Source: an uncultured delta proteobacterium (GTDB lineage: Bacteria; Myxococcota_A; Polyangia; Polyangiales; Polyangiaceae). Taken from it: a DNA stretch of 64,000 nt. The notes beneath the pieces are model-generated. The model had not been told where the DNA came from and did no database searches. It saw nothing but the letters and a program-made list of their open reading frames with translations. This document shows positions 1-9,645 of the stretch, in pieces. A program made the translations under genes and the position numbers. Location: assembly GCA_963841435.1 (NCBI GenBank), contig CAWJCS010000003.1, positions 1,024,001 to 1,088,000 on the forward strand. The letters run 5' to 3'. How positions within the stretch are numbered: the stretch's first letter is position 1; each line of letters starts with the position of its first letter.

Positions 1-1
1 G

Positions 2-946
2 ACGCTCGAGCTTCGCGGCGAGCCGTTCGTGATGCCCGGCGGCGAGGCCGCGAAGAACGACCCGTCGCTCTTCGACGCGCTGAAGCGCGCGCTCGCCGAC
101 GCGCGGCTCGACCGCCACGCCACGGTCGTCGTCATCGGGGGCGGCGCCGTGCTCGACGCGGCTGGTTTCGCTGCTTCGATCACCCATCGCGGCCTTCGCT
201 GCCTACGCCTGCCGAGCACGGTGCTCGCCCAGTGCGACGGCGGCGTGGGCGTGAAGACGGGCGTCAACGCTTTCGGCGCGAAGAATCTGTTCGGCACCTT
301 TGCGCCGCCGTGGGCCGTGCTCGACGATTTCGACCTGCTCGCGACGCTGCCCCTGCGTGACGCGCGCGCCGGCATGGCCGAAGCCGTGAAAGTGGCGCTG
401 ATCCGCGATGCTGCGTTGTTCGCGTGGCTCGAGACGCACGCCGACGCGCTGTCGCGCGGCGAGCCGGACCCCGTCGAGGCGCTCGTGCGGCGCACGGCCG
501 TTTTGCACCTCGAGCACATCGCGCGTGGGGGCGATCCGTTCGAGTCGGGCAGCGCGCGGCCGCTCGACTACGGGCACTGGGCTGCCCACCGGCTCGAGAT
601 CCTGAGCGGTCACGAGCTCAGGCACGGCGAGGCCGTTGCGATTGGTATGCTGCTCGACGCCCGCTACGCCGAGCGAAAGGGCCTGCTCGCCGGCGCCGAC
701 CTCGAGCGGCTCGCCCGCTTGCTCGAACGCCTAGGGCTGCCGCTCGGTCACGCGGCGCTCGGGGCGCGCACAGGGAGAAAGCTCGACCTTTTGCGCGGCC
801 TCGAGGATTTTCGCGAGCACCTCGGCGGCGAGCTCAGCGTGACGCTGCTCACGGCCATCGGTCGCTCCGAGGAGGTCCACGCCATGGACCCCGCGCTCGT
901 CGAGGAGGCGATCGCCTGGCTCGGGGAGCGAGCGGGGTCGCCGTGA
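2..946 (+). CDS. eboD: 3-dehydroquinate synthase-like sugar phosphate cyclase (EboD), 5'-truncated by the window edge
   Basis: GGGAVLD, KTGVN-GAKN, GH...HRLE and HGEAVAIG motifs of the DHQS family; GTGA overlap with eboE. Confidence 0.85.
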   Translation, partial: TLELRGEPFVMPGGEAAKNDPSLFDALKRALADARLDRHATVVVIGGGAVLDAAGFAASITHRGLRCLRLPSTVLAQCDGGVGVKTGVNAFGAKNLFGTFAPPWAVLDDFDLLATLPLRDARAGMAEAVKVALIRDAALFAWLETHADALSRGEPDPVEALVRRTAVLHLEHIARGGDPFESGSARPLDYGHWAAHRLEILSGHELRHGEAVAIGMLLDARYAERKGLLAGADLERLARLLERLGLPLGHAALGARTGRKLDLLRGLEDFREHLGGELSVTLLTAIGRSEEVHAMDPALVEEAIAWLGERAGSP

Positions 947-2148
947 GGCTCGAGAGCGCCGAGGAGCGCCACCTCACCTATTGCACCAACATCCACCCGG
1001 GCGAAACCTGGGCGGACGTCGCGCGGGTGCTCGAGAGATTCGTGCCCGACGTGAAGCGGCGCGTCGCGCCCACGGCTCCGTTCGGCGTGGGGCTGCGCCT
1101 CTCGGGTCGCGCGGCCGCCGAGCTCGAAGCCCCCGCAACGCTCGAACGTGCCCGCGACGCGCTCGACGCGAGCGGTCTCTACGTCTTTTCGCTCAACGGC
1201 TTCCCGTTCGGCGCCTTTCACGGCACACGCGTCAAAGAGCGCGTGTACCAGCCCGACTGGCTCTCGGAGGCGCGCCTCCTCTACACGGCGTCGCTCGCCC
1301 GCGTCCTCGCCGCGCTCCTTCCGGAGGGCATGCTCGGCAGCATCAGCACCGTGCCGGGCTGCTTTGCCCCCGATGGCATCGGTGCGACGGAGCGCGCGCG
1401 CATCGCGCGAAATCTCGCGGAGAGCGCCGCTTCGCTCGTCGCCCTCGAGCGCGACACGGGAAAGCGCATCGTGCTCGCGCTCGAGCCGGAGCCCGCCTGC
1501 CTACTCGAGAGAAGCGACCAGGCGCTCGCGCTGTTCGAGGGCGAGCTCGCGAGCGCCGGCGTGCTCGACCACTTTGCAAAGCTCGCCGGCCTCGCGCGAA
1601 AGGAAGCCGAAGCAACGCTGCGCCGGCACCTCGGCGTGTGCCTCGACACCTGCCATGCGTCGGTGGAGTTCGAGGCACCGCGCGCCGTGCTCGCGAAGCT
1701 CACGGCCGCGGGCATCGAGGTGCCGAAGATCCAGCTGAGCGCGGGGCTCCGGCTCTCGCGACCGGATGCCGAGGCACGGCGCGCGCTCGCCGCGTTCGAC
1801 GACGAGGTGTACCTGCACCAGACCGTGGTAAAAAAGGCCGAGGACGGCACGCTCGTCCGCTTCGTCGATCTCGACCGCGCCCTGTCCGAGGCTCCCGCGC
1901 TCGGCGAGAACGCCGAGTGGCGCGTGCACTACCACGTGCCGATCTTCGAGCGCGAGCTGCCGCCCTTCACGAGCACGCGCGACGATCTCGCCGATTTGCT
2001 CGCAAATGCCCCGTCGCTCGCGCCGCACCTCGAGGTCGAGACCTACACGTTCGGCATCTTGCCGGCGCGCTACCGCACGCTCGACGTGACCGAGGCCATC
2101 GCGCGCGAGCTCGACTGGGCGCTCGCCGCGCTGGGCGCGCGTCGATGA
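943..2148 (+). CDS. eboE: Metabolite traffic protein EboE (xylose-isomerase-like TIM barrel)
   Basis: HLTYCTNIHPGETW, VKERVYQPDW, EPEP, WRVHYHVP and HLEVETYT motifs; GTG start overlaps the upstream stop (the ORF track start at 424 is too early). Confidence 0.9.
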   Translation: MRLESAEERHLTYCTNIHPGETWADVARVLERFVPDVKRRVAPTAPFGVGLRLSGRAAAELEAPATLERARDALDASGLYVFSLNGFPFGAFHGTRVKERVYQPDWLSEARLLYTASLARVLAALLPEGMLGSISTVPGCFAPDGIGATERARIARNLAESAASLVALERDTGKRIVLALEPEPACLLERSDQALALFEGELASAGVLDHFAKLAGLARKEAEATLRRHLGVCLDTCHASVEFEAPRAVLAKLTAAGIEVPKIQLSAGLRLSRPDAEARRALAAFDDEVYLHQTVVKKAEDGTLVRFVDLDRALSEAPALGENAEWRVHYHVPIFERELPPFTSTRDDLADLLANAPSLAPHLEVETYTFGILPARYRTLDVTEAIARELDWALAALGARR

Positions 2149-3011
2149 CGGGCAAGACGTTGCTCCAGCTCGGCCGGGTGTCGAACCTGCCGACGGTCGT
2201 CTCGAACGTGCTCTGTGGCGCCGCGCTCGCTGGAGCCCCGCTGCGCGTCGGCGCGTTGCTCGCGGCCGTGGTCGCCGGCTGCCTGTTTTACGTCGGCGGC
2301 ATGGTGCTAAACGACGCCTTCGACGCCGACATCGACGCACGCGAGCGACCCGAACGACCCATCCCGTCGGGTCGCGCCACGCGGAGCGCGGTGTTCCGCC
2401 TGGGTTTTGGCTTGCTCTTCGCGGCGCTCGCATTGCTCGCCGCGGTTGCCGCAACGGGGCTCTCGCCCGCGGGAGCGGAGCTGCTCGGTGCCGGCGCGTT
2501 CACGGCGCTCGCCATCGTCGTGTACGACCGTCATCACAAGGGCGTCGCGTGGTCGCCGCTCGTCATGGGGCTCTGCCGCGCCGGGCTCTACTTCGTCGGC
2601 GCCTTGAGCGTGACGGCGGAACCGGAGCCCAGGCTCTTCGTCGGCGCGCTGTTGCTCACTCTATACGTCTTCGGGCTCACGCACGTGGCGCGCTTCGAGA
2701 ACGCTTCGCGCGTGGGCCGACTCTGGCCGGCGCTGCTCGTGCTCCTGCCGCTGCCGTGGGCGCTCGTGCAGGGGCCGCGCGAGGGCCTCGCGCTCGCGGG
2801 CGCCCTATTCGCGGGCTGGGCGCTGTACAGCCTGTCGCTCGCCGCGCGGGGCGGCAGGAACATCGGTCGCGCCGTCGTCTCGCTCATCGCCGGCATCTCG
2901 CTGCTCGATGTCGTGCTCGCCGGCTCGACGGGCGCCTGGGGTATCGCCGCCCTGGCGATCGCCGCGTGGACCGTCACGCTCGCCGGGCAGCGCTGGGTGT
3001 TGGGGACATAG
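2145..3011 (+). CDS. eboC: UbiA-family prenyltransferase EboC
   Basis: RVSNLPTV, NDAFDADID..ERPERPIPSG and MGLCR motifs; multiple TM segments; ATGA overlap. Confidence 0.88.
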   Translation: MTGKTLLQLGRVSNLPTVVSNVLCGAALAGAPLRVGALLAAVVAGCLFYVGGMVLNDAFDADIDARERPERPIPSGRATRSAVFRLGFGLLFAALALLAAVAATGLSPAGAELLGAGAFTALAIVVYDRHHKGVAWSPLVMGLCRAGLYFVGALSVTAEPEPRLFVGALLLTLYVFGLTHVARFENASRVGRLWPALLVLLPLPWALVQGPREGLALAGALFAGWALYSLSLAARGGRNIGRAVVSLIAGISLLDVVLAGSTGAWGIAALAIAAWTVTLAGQRWVLGT

Positions 3012-3119
3012 GCAACACTTTTGTTCGCCACCCGAAAATTGTCGGCGCCGAGGCTGAATTCGCGCAGGCGACCGCGAAGACTGCCGGGTCCGCCTGCCCC
3101 GCGGGTACGTTGCTGAGAG

Positions 3120-4376
3120 ATGAAGACCAAGACCGGCTCTCCGGGTCGACCCACGACGGGAGCCGCGAGGTCCCTCCGGCGGAGCGCAGCCATGCTCGGC
3201 CTGGGGGCGGCGCTCCTCGCGTCCGCCTGCGCCGACAACCCGTCGGGCGCTGCCAAGGCCGGCGCCGGCACGTCCGGCTCCGCAGGCACGGGCGGCGGCT
3301 CGGCAACGGGCGGCGTCGGCGGGACCGCCGGCACGGCACCCGGAGGAAACGCCGGGGGCGGCGCCATGGGTGGGACGGGCGGCTCCGCGGGCAGCGGCGG
3401 CGCTAGCGGCGCGGCGACGGGCGGCGCTAGCGGCTCGGGTGGCTCGAGCGGCTCGAGCGCGGCGGCCGGCTCGGGTGGCTCGGGTGGCTCGGACGCCGCA
3501 GGCGCCGGCAGCGCGAACGGAGGAAGCTCCGGCAGCAGCGACGCCGGCACGACGTCGAGCGGCGGCGACGCGGGCTCGAGCGTGTCGGGCGCGGGCGGCA
3601 GCGCCGGTGGCGGCGGCAGCTCGGGCGCAGCCGGCGCTACGCCGAGCGATGGTTGCGGCATGACGGCGCCCGAGAGCAAGCGTTACACGATCGACGTGAG
3701 CGGCACGTCGCGCGAGTACATCTTGAAGCTGCCGGCCGGTTACGATCCAACCCGCCCCTACCCCATCATCTTCGGCTGGCACGGGCGCATGTACTCGGCC
3801 GACTGGGTCGCAAACGGCGACCCGCCGCAGACCGGACCCTGGTTCGGCATCGAAGAGGAAGCGAACGGCAACGCCATCTTGGTCGCACCACAAGCGCTCG
3901 ACACCGGCTGGTCCAATCAGAACGGGCGAGACATCGCGTTCTTGGACACGATGCTCGCGGGGTTCGAGGGCGAGCTCTGCATCGACGAGAGCCGTGTATT
4001 TTCTGCCGGATTCAGCTTCGGCGCCATGATGACGATCGCGCTCGGCTGCGCCGAGGCGGACGTGTTCCGCGCCGTGGCCGCGATGTCGGGGTCACTGCAG
4101 GTCGGCTGCGCGGCGGGGACGCATCCCATCGCGTACTGGGGCTCGCACGGCGACATGGATCCGACGGTTCCCATCGCGAGCGGCGAGGCGGCGCGCGACG
4201 AGTTCATCGCGCGCAACCACTGCACGATGCAAACCATGCCGACGACGCCGACGGGCTGCGTCGCGTACCAGGGTTGCGACCAGGGCTACCCCGTCAACTG
4301 GTGCGTGTTCAGCGGCGTGCACGAGCCGCCCACGTTCTCGGGCCCCGGCATCTGGGCGTTCTTCTCGCAATTCTGA
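3120..4376 (+). CDS. Lipoprotein with Gly/Ser-rich tether and alpha/beta-hydrolase (feruloyl/carbohydrate esterase, PHB-depolymerase-like) domain
   Basis: Lipobox LASAC; long G/S/A/T linker; GFSFG nucleophile, HGDMD and terminal His; true start may be the ATG at 3192. Confidence 0.75.
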   Translation: MKTKTGSPGRPTTGAARSLRRSAAMLGLGAALLASACADNPSGAAKAGAGTSGSAGTGGGSATGGVGGTAGTAPGGNAGGGAMGGTGGSAGSGGASGAATGGASGSGGSSGSSAAAGSGGSGGSDAAGAGSANGGSSGSSDAGTTSSGGDAGSSVSGAGGSAGGGGSSGAAGATPSDGCGMTAPESKRYTIDVSGTSREYILKLPAGYDPTRPYPIIFGWHGRMYSADWVANGDPPQTGPWFGIEEEANGNAILVAPQALDTGWSNQNGRDIAFLDTMLAGFEGELCIDESRVFSAGFSFGAMMTIALGCAEADVFRAVAAMSGSLQVGCAAGTHPIAYWGSHGDMDPTVPIASGEAARDEFIARNHCTMQTMPTTPTGCVAYQGCDQGYPVNWCVFSGVHEPPTFSGPGIWAFFSQF

Positions 4377-4416
4377 GCCGAGCGACCGCGACGTTACCGC
4401 GCTCGGACGGCGGGGC

Positions 4417-5796
4417 TCAGTCGAACAGATGGCGTAGCAAGAGCTTCTTCACGCTCGTCGCATCGACGGCGCCTTCGGGAAGCAGCCGCGGCTCGGACGA
4501 CATGAAGAGCGGGCCGTCCTCGGCGCGGTCCGTCACGCGACCGTGCGACCCGCGGACGAGCCGCGCGTCGAGCGGGATCACGTCGAGCAGCGTGCGAAAC
4601 CCCAGCTTTCGCGCCAAAAGCTTGCGCCCGACCGTGAGCATGGGCACGGCGAGCGCCGGATCGAGGAAGAGCTCCACCGGGTCGTAACCGGGCTTCAGGT
4701 GGATATCGACGGTGCGCGCGTAGTCGGGAGCGCGATCCTCGTCGAGGAAGAAGTAGTAGGAAAACCAGCGATCGGCCTCCGCAATGGCGACGAGCTCTCC
4801 CGAGCGTTCGTGATTGAGGCCGAGCGCGCGTTGCTCCTCGCGGTCGAGGACGCGCTCGATGCCGTCGAGCCTCTCGACGAGGCGCCGCACCTCGTTCACG
4901 CGCGACGGGTCCTTCACGTACACGTGGGCAATCTGGTGGTCGGCGACGGCGAACGCATCGCTCGCGCCTGCGTCGAGCTGCTCGCGCCCGAGCTCTTCGC
5001 GCACGCGAAGCAGCTCGGCCTCGCGCAGCGCGCGGTTGAGGTGAACGGCGTCGTCAACGGCGGTCATGCCGTACTCCGAGAGAACGACGACGCGCAGCGA
5101 GCGCCGGCGTGCTAGCTCGAACAGCTCGCCACAGAGCGCGTCAACCTCGCCGAGCGCCTTATGAATGCGCGGATCGCCTGGGCCGAAGCGCTGCAGGTCA
5201 TAGTCGAGGTGCGGCAGGTACGTGAGCGTGAGCGTCGGCGCGTGCTCCTCGATGACGCGCGCCGTCGCCCGTGCAATCCAGCGCGACGACGCGATCCCAG
5301 CGCGCGGCCCCCAGAATTCGAACAGCGGGAAGCGACCGAGCTCCTCCGACAGCTTCTTCCCGAGCTCGGGCGGCTCGCCGTACACGTCGGGGATCTTGCG
5401 GCCATCGGCCGTGTACATCGGCCGCGGCGTCAACGAGAGGTCCGCCGTCGAGTACATGTTGTACCACCAGAAGAGCTTGGCGACGGTGAAGCTCGGGTCG
5501 CGACGTCGCGCGGCGTCCCAGATCTTTTCGCCGTGCACGAGGTGGTTCGACTGCCGCCAGAGCCACACCTGACCGAGATCACGAAAGTACCAGCCGTTGC
5601 CGACGATGCCGTGCTCGCGCGGCATGAGCCCCGTCACGAAGGTCGACTGCACCGAGCAGGTCACGGCCGGCGTGATCGTCGAGAGCGGCCGCCACGCGTT
5701 CTGATCGCGAAAGCGCAGAAGCTCGGGTGTGTGCGGACCGACGAGGCTCGGCGTCAGGCCGACCACGTCGAGGACGAGCGTGGGCGTCATCGTCAC
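4417..5796 (-). CDS. eboF: Alkaline phosphatase / nucleotide pyrophosphatase family protein EboF
   Basis: LDVVGLT, PAVTCSVQST, LPHLDYDLQRFG, DIHLKPGYDPVELF and GSHG motifs. Confidence 0.88.
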   Translation of the reverse strand: MTMTPTLVLDVVGLTPSLVGPHTPELLRFRDQNAWRPLSTITPAVTCSVQSTFVTGLMPREHGIVGNGWYFRDLGQVWLWRQSNHLVHGEKIWDAARRRDPSFTVAKLFWWYNMYSTADLSLTPRPMYTADGRKIPDVYGEPPELGKKLSEELGRFPLFEFWGPRAGIASSRWIARATARVIEEHAPTLTLTYLPHLDYDLQRFGPGDPRIHKALGEVDALCGELFELARRRSLRVVVLSEYGMTAVDDAVHLNRALREAELLRVREELGREQLDAGASDAFAVADHQIAHVYVKDPSRVNEVRRLVERLDGIERVLDREEQRALGLNHERSGELVAIAEADRWFSYYFFLDEDRAPDYARTVDIHLKPGYDPVELFLDPALAVPMLTVGRKLLARKLGFRTLLDVIPLDARLVRGSHGRVTDRAEDGPLFMSSEPRLLPEGAVDATSVKKLLLRHLFD

Positions 5797-5947
5797 GGCC
5801 CGGCCACCTTAGCCGAGCGGCGCCGGGCGCGGGGGAGCGCGCGGCCCCGGCACCCGCGCGCGGCTCGGAGCCTCGGCGGCGAGGCACCTCCGTGGCGGTC
5901 CCGGAGAGCCGATGGGGCGCCCGCGGCCTGGCAGGGTCCGAGGGCCA

Positions 5948-5971
5948 TGCTACTCTGTGGGACCGGTTCCA
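5948..5971 (+). promoter_or_regulatory. Extended -10 (TGcTACTCT) followed by a LacI/CelR-like palindromic operator TGGGACCGGTTCCA
   Basis: Near-perfect 14-bp palindrome at 5958-5971 resembling the CelR site TGGGAGCGCTCCCA, upstream of a GH12 gene. Confidence 0.55.
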
Positions 5972-6012
5972 GATCCCGGCGTGCGCCGCGTTTTCGCCGA
6001 AAGGATTCGCCC

Positions 6013-6918
6013 ATGAGGTTCGGTCTCCTCGCCATTCCCACGTTGCTCGTCGCCTCGCTGTCCGTCTTGCCCGCGTGCGGTTCGGGCGGCGACGCGCAAC
6101 AGACTTACCCCGGCCAGGCCGGCACGGGCGGCTCCGGCGGCTCCGGCACGGGCGGCAGCGGCGGCAGCGGCGGCACGAGCGGCACGAGCCCCGACTCGGA
6201 GCTCGGCACGGGCACGATGTCCGGCTCCGGCTCTTCTGCCGAGCGCTACCACACCGCGCAAGTCTCGCGCGACGGCGTGCCTTACCTCTTCATCACCAAT
6301 GGCTGGGGCCCCGGCTTCGTGAGCCACAACATCTCGTGGGAAGGAACGTCGTTCGTCGTCGAAAGCATGACGGGCGACCCGGGAACGGCCGGGCAGCCCG
6401 CCTCCTACCCCAGCCTTTTCTGCGGCAAGTACTCCATCATGGAGGTGCCGAATTGCGGCCTCCCAGCGGCGATCGATGCGCTCTCCTCGCTCCGTACCGG
6501 CTGGCGCTGGGCGGCGAACGGCAACATGGGCATCTACAACGCCGCCTACGACATCTGGCTCGGCGACGGCACGAAGCTCCAGGGGTATCTGATGGTGTGG
6601 CTCCGCGATCCGCCGGGCGCGCAGCCTGCGGGCACCTACAACGGCCAATACTCGAGCATCGCGGTCGCGAACGTGCCGGGCGTCTGGAACGTCTGGAACG
6701 GCACGGTCAACGGCCTGCCCATCGTGAACTACGTGCGCGCCGAAAACAGCGACAGCTCGGAGATCGAGTTCGACGTGATGGATGTGCTCCGCGACGCCGA
6801 GGCGCGCGGGCTCAGCGTGCCGGGCACGCACGTCAACGCCGTGGCGGTGGGCTTCGAGATCTGGAAAGGTCCCGTCACCGATCTGACAACCGAAGATTTC
6901 TACGTGAAGGTCGAGTAG
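6013..6918 (+). CDS. Glycoside hydrolase family 12-like (endoglucanase) lipoprotein
   Basis: Lipobox LPAC, Gly/Ser linker, NGWG, SYPS, NAAYDIW, LMVW and GFEIW motifs of GH12. Confidence 0.78.
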   Translation: MRFGLLAIPTLLVASLSVLPACGSGGDAQQTYPGQAGTGGSGGSGTGGSGGSGGTSGTSPDSELGTGTMSGSGSSAERYHTAQVSRDGVPYLFITNGWGPGFVSHNISWEGTSFVVESMTGDPGTAGQPASYPSLFCGKYSIMEVPNCGLPAAIDALSSLRTGWRWAANGNMGIYNAAYDIWLGDGTKLQGYLMVWLRDPPGAQPAGTYNGQYSSIAVANVPGVWNVWNGTVNGLPIVNYVRAENSDSSEIEFDVMDVLRDAEARGLSVPGTHVNAVAVGFEIWKGPVTDLTTEDFYVKVE

Positions 6919-6921
6919 GGG

Positions 6922-7806
6922 TCAGCGATCCTTGCGCGGCGTCTGGCCGCGCAGCACGGAGTTGCCCTCGAACAGCTCACTCTGGTCAACGGCGGCGTCC
7001 GCTTCGAGCTCTGCGGGCTCGAAGCGTCCGCTCTGGGCGAAGAAGGCGATTGGGTTCTTCCAGCACACGGTCTCGATCGTCGCCTCGGGGATGCCCGCCT
7101 CGCGGAAAGCCTGCGCGGTCTTCGGCACCTTGAGTGGATCGCTCACGCCCCAGTCGGCGGCGGAATTGACGAGTATCCGCTCGGCCCCATAGCGCTTCAC
7201 GAGCGCCACCATGCGCGGCTCGTCCATCTTGGTTTTGGGGTAGATGGAGTGGCCCGCCCAGCACCCCGAGTCGAGCACGGAGGGAAGCGTTTCCTCGTTG
7301 TTGTGATCGACGAGCGTGCGCTCGGGCGAAAACCCCGACTCGCGCACGAGCGCGAGAGTGCGCTCGGTGCCTTGCTTCTTGTCGCGATGCGGCGTGTGGA
7401 TGAGGATCGGCAGTTCGGCCTGCTTGGCGAGCTCGATCTGGCGGGCGAAACAGCGTTCCTCGGCCGGCGTCACGTCGTCGAAGCCGATTTCCCCGACGGC
7501 CACGACGCCTTCCTTCTCGAGGTAGAGCGGTATCAGCGCGAGCACGCCGGCCGCGACGCGCTCCGTGTTCGCCTCCTTCGGGTTCAGGCCGATGGTCGCG
7601 AAGTGTCGGATCCCGAATTGGCTCGCGCGAAAGCGCTCCCAGCCGAGCAGCGACAGGAAATAGTCCTCGAACGTGCCGACGTGGGTGCGCGGCTGTCCGA
7701 CCCAGAACGCGGGCTCGACGATGGCGCGAATGCCCGCATCGGCCATGGCCTGGTAGTCGTCGGTGGTCCGACTCGTCATGTGGATGTGCGGATCGAAAAG
7801 CTTCAT
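6922..7806 (-). CDS. eboB: TatD-family metal-dependent hydrolase EboB
   Basis: DPHIHMTSRTTDDY, VGEIG, HTPHRDKK, DHNNEET and NSAADWGVSDPL motifs. Confidence 0.9.
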   Translation of the reverse strand: MKLFDPHIHMTSRTTDDYQAMADAGIRAIVEPAFWVGQPRTHVGTFEDYFLSLLGWERFRASQFGIRHFATIGLNPKEANTERVAAGVLALIPLYLEKEGVVAVGEIGFDDVTPAEERCFARQIELAKQAELPILIHTPHRDKKQGTERTLALVRESGFSPERTLVDHNNEETLPSVLDSGCWAGHSIYPKTKMDEPRMVALVKRYGAERILVNSAADWGVSDPLKVPKTAQAFREAGIPEATIETVCWKNPIAFFAQSGRFEPAELEADAAVDQSELFEGNSVLRGQTPRKDR

Positions 7807-8462
7807 GGCATCCGTCCTTCCAGAATGTGGCCCACGTCCTCGGGCACGGGCCGCCCGGCGGCGCGCCGTTCGCTCGCGTAGTCCTCGAGCATCCGCAAAA
7901 GCTCCGCGCCCCGACGTGCCCCGAGACCCTCGATGCCGGCCACGGGCACGCCCATGAAGATCGCCTTCATCACGAGCTGATTGAAGCCTCGCTCGGGAAA
8001 GTGAGCGGCCGGATAGGCGTTATGGCAGGCGATGGCCTCGAACACCCGACCGGCGTTCGCGCGGGCACCGAGCAAGCCCGTCTCGACGAAGCGCGCCGGG
8101 CCGGGCAAAAGCCCGAGGATCCTCAGCAAGCTCTCCTGCTCGCCAATCTCCCCGCTCTCGAACAGCGCGAGCACCTCGCGCGGCTGCGCGTCGGGCGCGA
8201 CCCGGGCGAGAGAGGTGAGCAGCAACGCGGCACGGGCCAAGTCGAGCCCGGTTTGGCCCCCCCCTGGCGGGAGGGGGAAAAGGTCGGGCCGGGGGGACGG
8301 GCGCTCGCGGGCGCCCGGGCCGAGCTTGCGAGCCGCCGCCGCGAAGGCGGTGCGGAAGCCGACGCTCGACGGCGCCTCCGGCCCGTCGAGCACGCGGCCG
8401 AGCCAGGCGCGCGCCGAACCCGAAAGAGCGATGGCTTCGAGCAAGCGCTCAGGTTCCGCCAT
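7803..8462 (-). CDS. eboA: EboA domain protein
   Basis: AIACHNAYPAAHF...FNQLVMKAIF...ERRAAGRPVP C-terminus; coupled to eboB. Confidence 0.85.
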   Translation of the reverse strand: MAEPERLLEAIALSGSARAWLGRVLDGPEAPSSVGFRTAFAAAARKLGPGARERPSPRPDLFPLPPGGGQTGLDLARAALLLTSLARVAPDAQPREVLALFESGEIGEQESLLRILGLLPGPARFVETGLLGARANAGRVFEAIACHNAYPAAHFPERGFNQLVMKAIFMGVPVAGIEGLGARRGAELLRMLEDYASERRAAGRPVPEDVGHILEGRMP

Positions 8463-8482
8463 GACAGACGAGGCGTACTAGC

Positions 8483-9463
8483 ATGGCGGGGTTGCCCTCG
8501 CTCGCCGAGTTCCCGCCGTCGTTCCTGCTCGCCGTCGCGGTCGCTCTCGGGCTCGTGCTCGGTAGCTTCCTGAACGTCGTCATCCATCGCTTGCCGCGTG
8601 GCGAGAGCATTGCCTTCCCAGGGTCTCATTGCCCGGGCTGCGGCAAGCCCATCGCACCGCGCGACAACGTCCCCGTCCTAAGCTACCTGGTCTTGCGCGG
8701 GCGCGCTCGTTGTTGTGGCACGCGCATCTCACCGCGCTACCCGCTCGTGGAGGCGATCGGCGGTCTGCTCGCCTGGGCCATCATGAGCACGATCGTGCTC
8801 GACTTGCCGCTCGACACGTCGCTCGGTCGGGCCGCGGGGCTCTTCGCCGTCAATCTGGCGCTCGGGCTCGGCCTCGTCGCGGCGGCGTTCATCGATCTCG
8901 ATCACATGCTCTTGCCCGACGAGATCACGCTCGGCGGGCTCGTGCTCGGCATCGCGAGCGTCCCCTTGCGCCCGGGGGCAACGTTTCTCGAGTCGCTCAT
9001 CGGCGCGGCCGTGGGCTTCTTCATCGTGTGGCTGCCGTTCGGCCTCTTGTACAGGCTCGTCAGGGGCCGACACGGCATGGGTCTCGGTGACGCGAAGCTC
9101 GTCGCGCTCGCGGGGGCGTGGTTCGGGTGGCCCGGCGCCGCGTTCGCGCTGCTCGCGGGCGCCGTGCAAGCCACCGCCACCCTGCTCGTGGTCTTTTCGC
9201 TCGGCAAGAAGCTCGACGAGCCAGCGTCCGTCGTCGAGGAGCGCCGGGCGCTCCGCGCCGCCATCGAAGCCGCCGAAGGCCCGGAACGCGACGCCCTCGA
9301 GCGCGAGCTCGCCGAGGATCCGCTGGGCACCGAGCCCGACCCGGGGATCGGCGCGATGCGGCTGCCGTTCGGGCCGTTCATCGTGCTCGCCATCGTCGAA
9401 TACCTGCTCTTCGGCCCACTCATCCGCGCCGAGCTCTTCGGCGGTCTCGCCGACCTGCCGTGA
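8483..9463 (+). CDS. pilD: Prepilin peptidase / N-methyltransferase (A24)
   Basis: GSFLNVVIHRLP, SHCPGC, RYPLVE, FIDLD, MGLGDAKL and PFGPF motifs. Confidence 0.93.
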   Translation: MAGLPSLAEFPPSFLLAVAVALGLVLGSFLNVVIHRLPRGESIAFPGSHCPGCGKPIAPRDNVPVLSYLVLRGRARCCGTRISPRYPLVEAIGGLLAWAIMSTIVLDLPLDTSLGRAAGLFAVNLALGLGLVAAAFIDLDHMLLPDEITLGGLVLGIASVPLRPGATFLESLIGAAVGFFIVWLPFGLLYRLVRGRHGMGLGDAKLVALAGAWFGWPGAAFALLAGAVQATATLLVVFSLGKKLDEPASVVEERRALRAAIEAAEGPERDALERELAEDPLGTEPDPGIGAMRLPFGPFIVLAIVEYLLFGPLIRAELFGGLADLP

Positions 9464-9603
9464 GAGCGAGCCAGAGGGCGCCGGACAGGCGTCCGGCCTC
9501 GGACGAACGCGCTGTCCCCATCGAGCGAGGCGTGCGGCGAAGCGCGGGGAGACAAGCGACGAAAGAGCGGGAAATGGGCGGCAGTCGCCGCTCTCTGCGA
9601 GCC

Positions 9604-9619
9604 CGGCACGCCGCCTGCG
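9604..9619 (+). promoter_or_regulatory. Putative sigma-54 promoter
   Basis: CGGCACGCCGCCTGCG has GG-N10-GC spacing; SD-like GAGAGG precedes the ATG at 9646. Confidence 0.5.
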
Positions 9620-9645
9620 AGGCGAAGGGACTCGAGAGGTCAATC

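Noticed and set aside
2-946. Housekeeping aroB
   Set aside because: It is translationally coupled to eboE-eboC, so the EboD paralog is more likely
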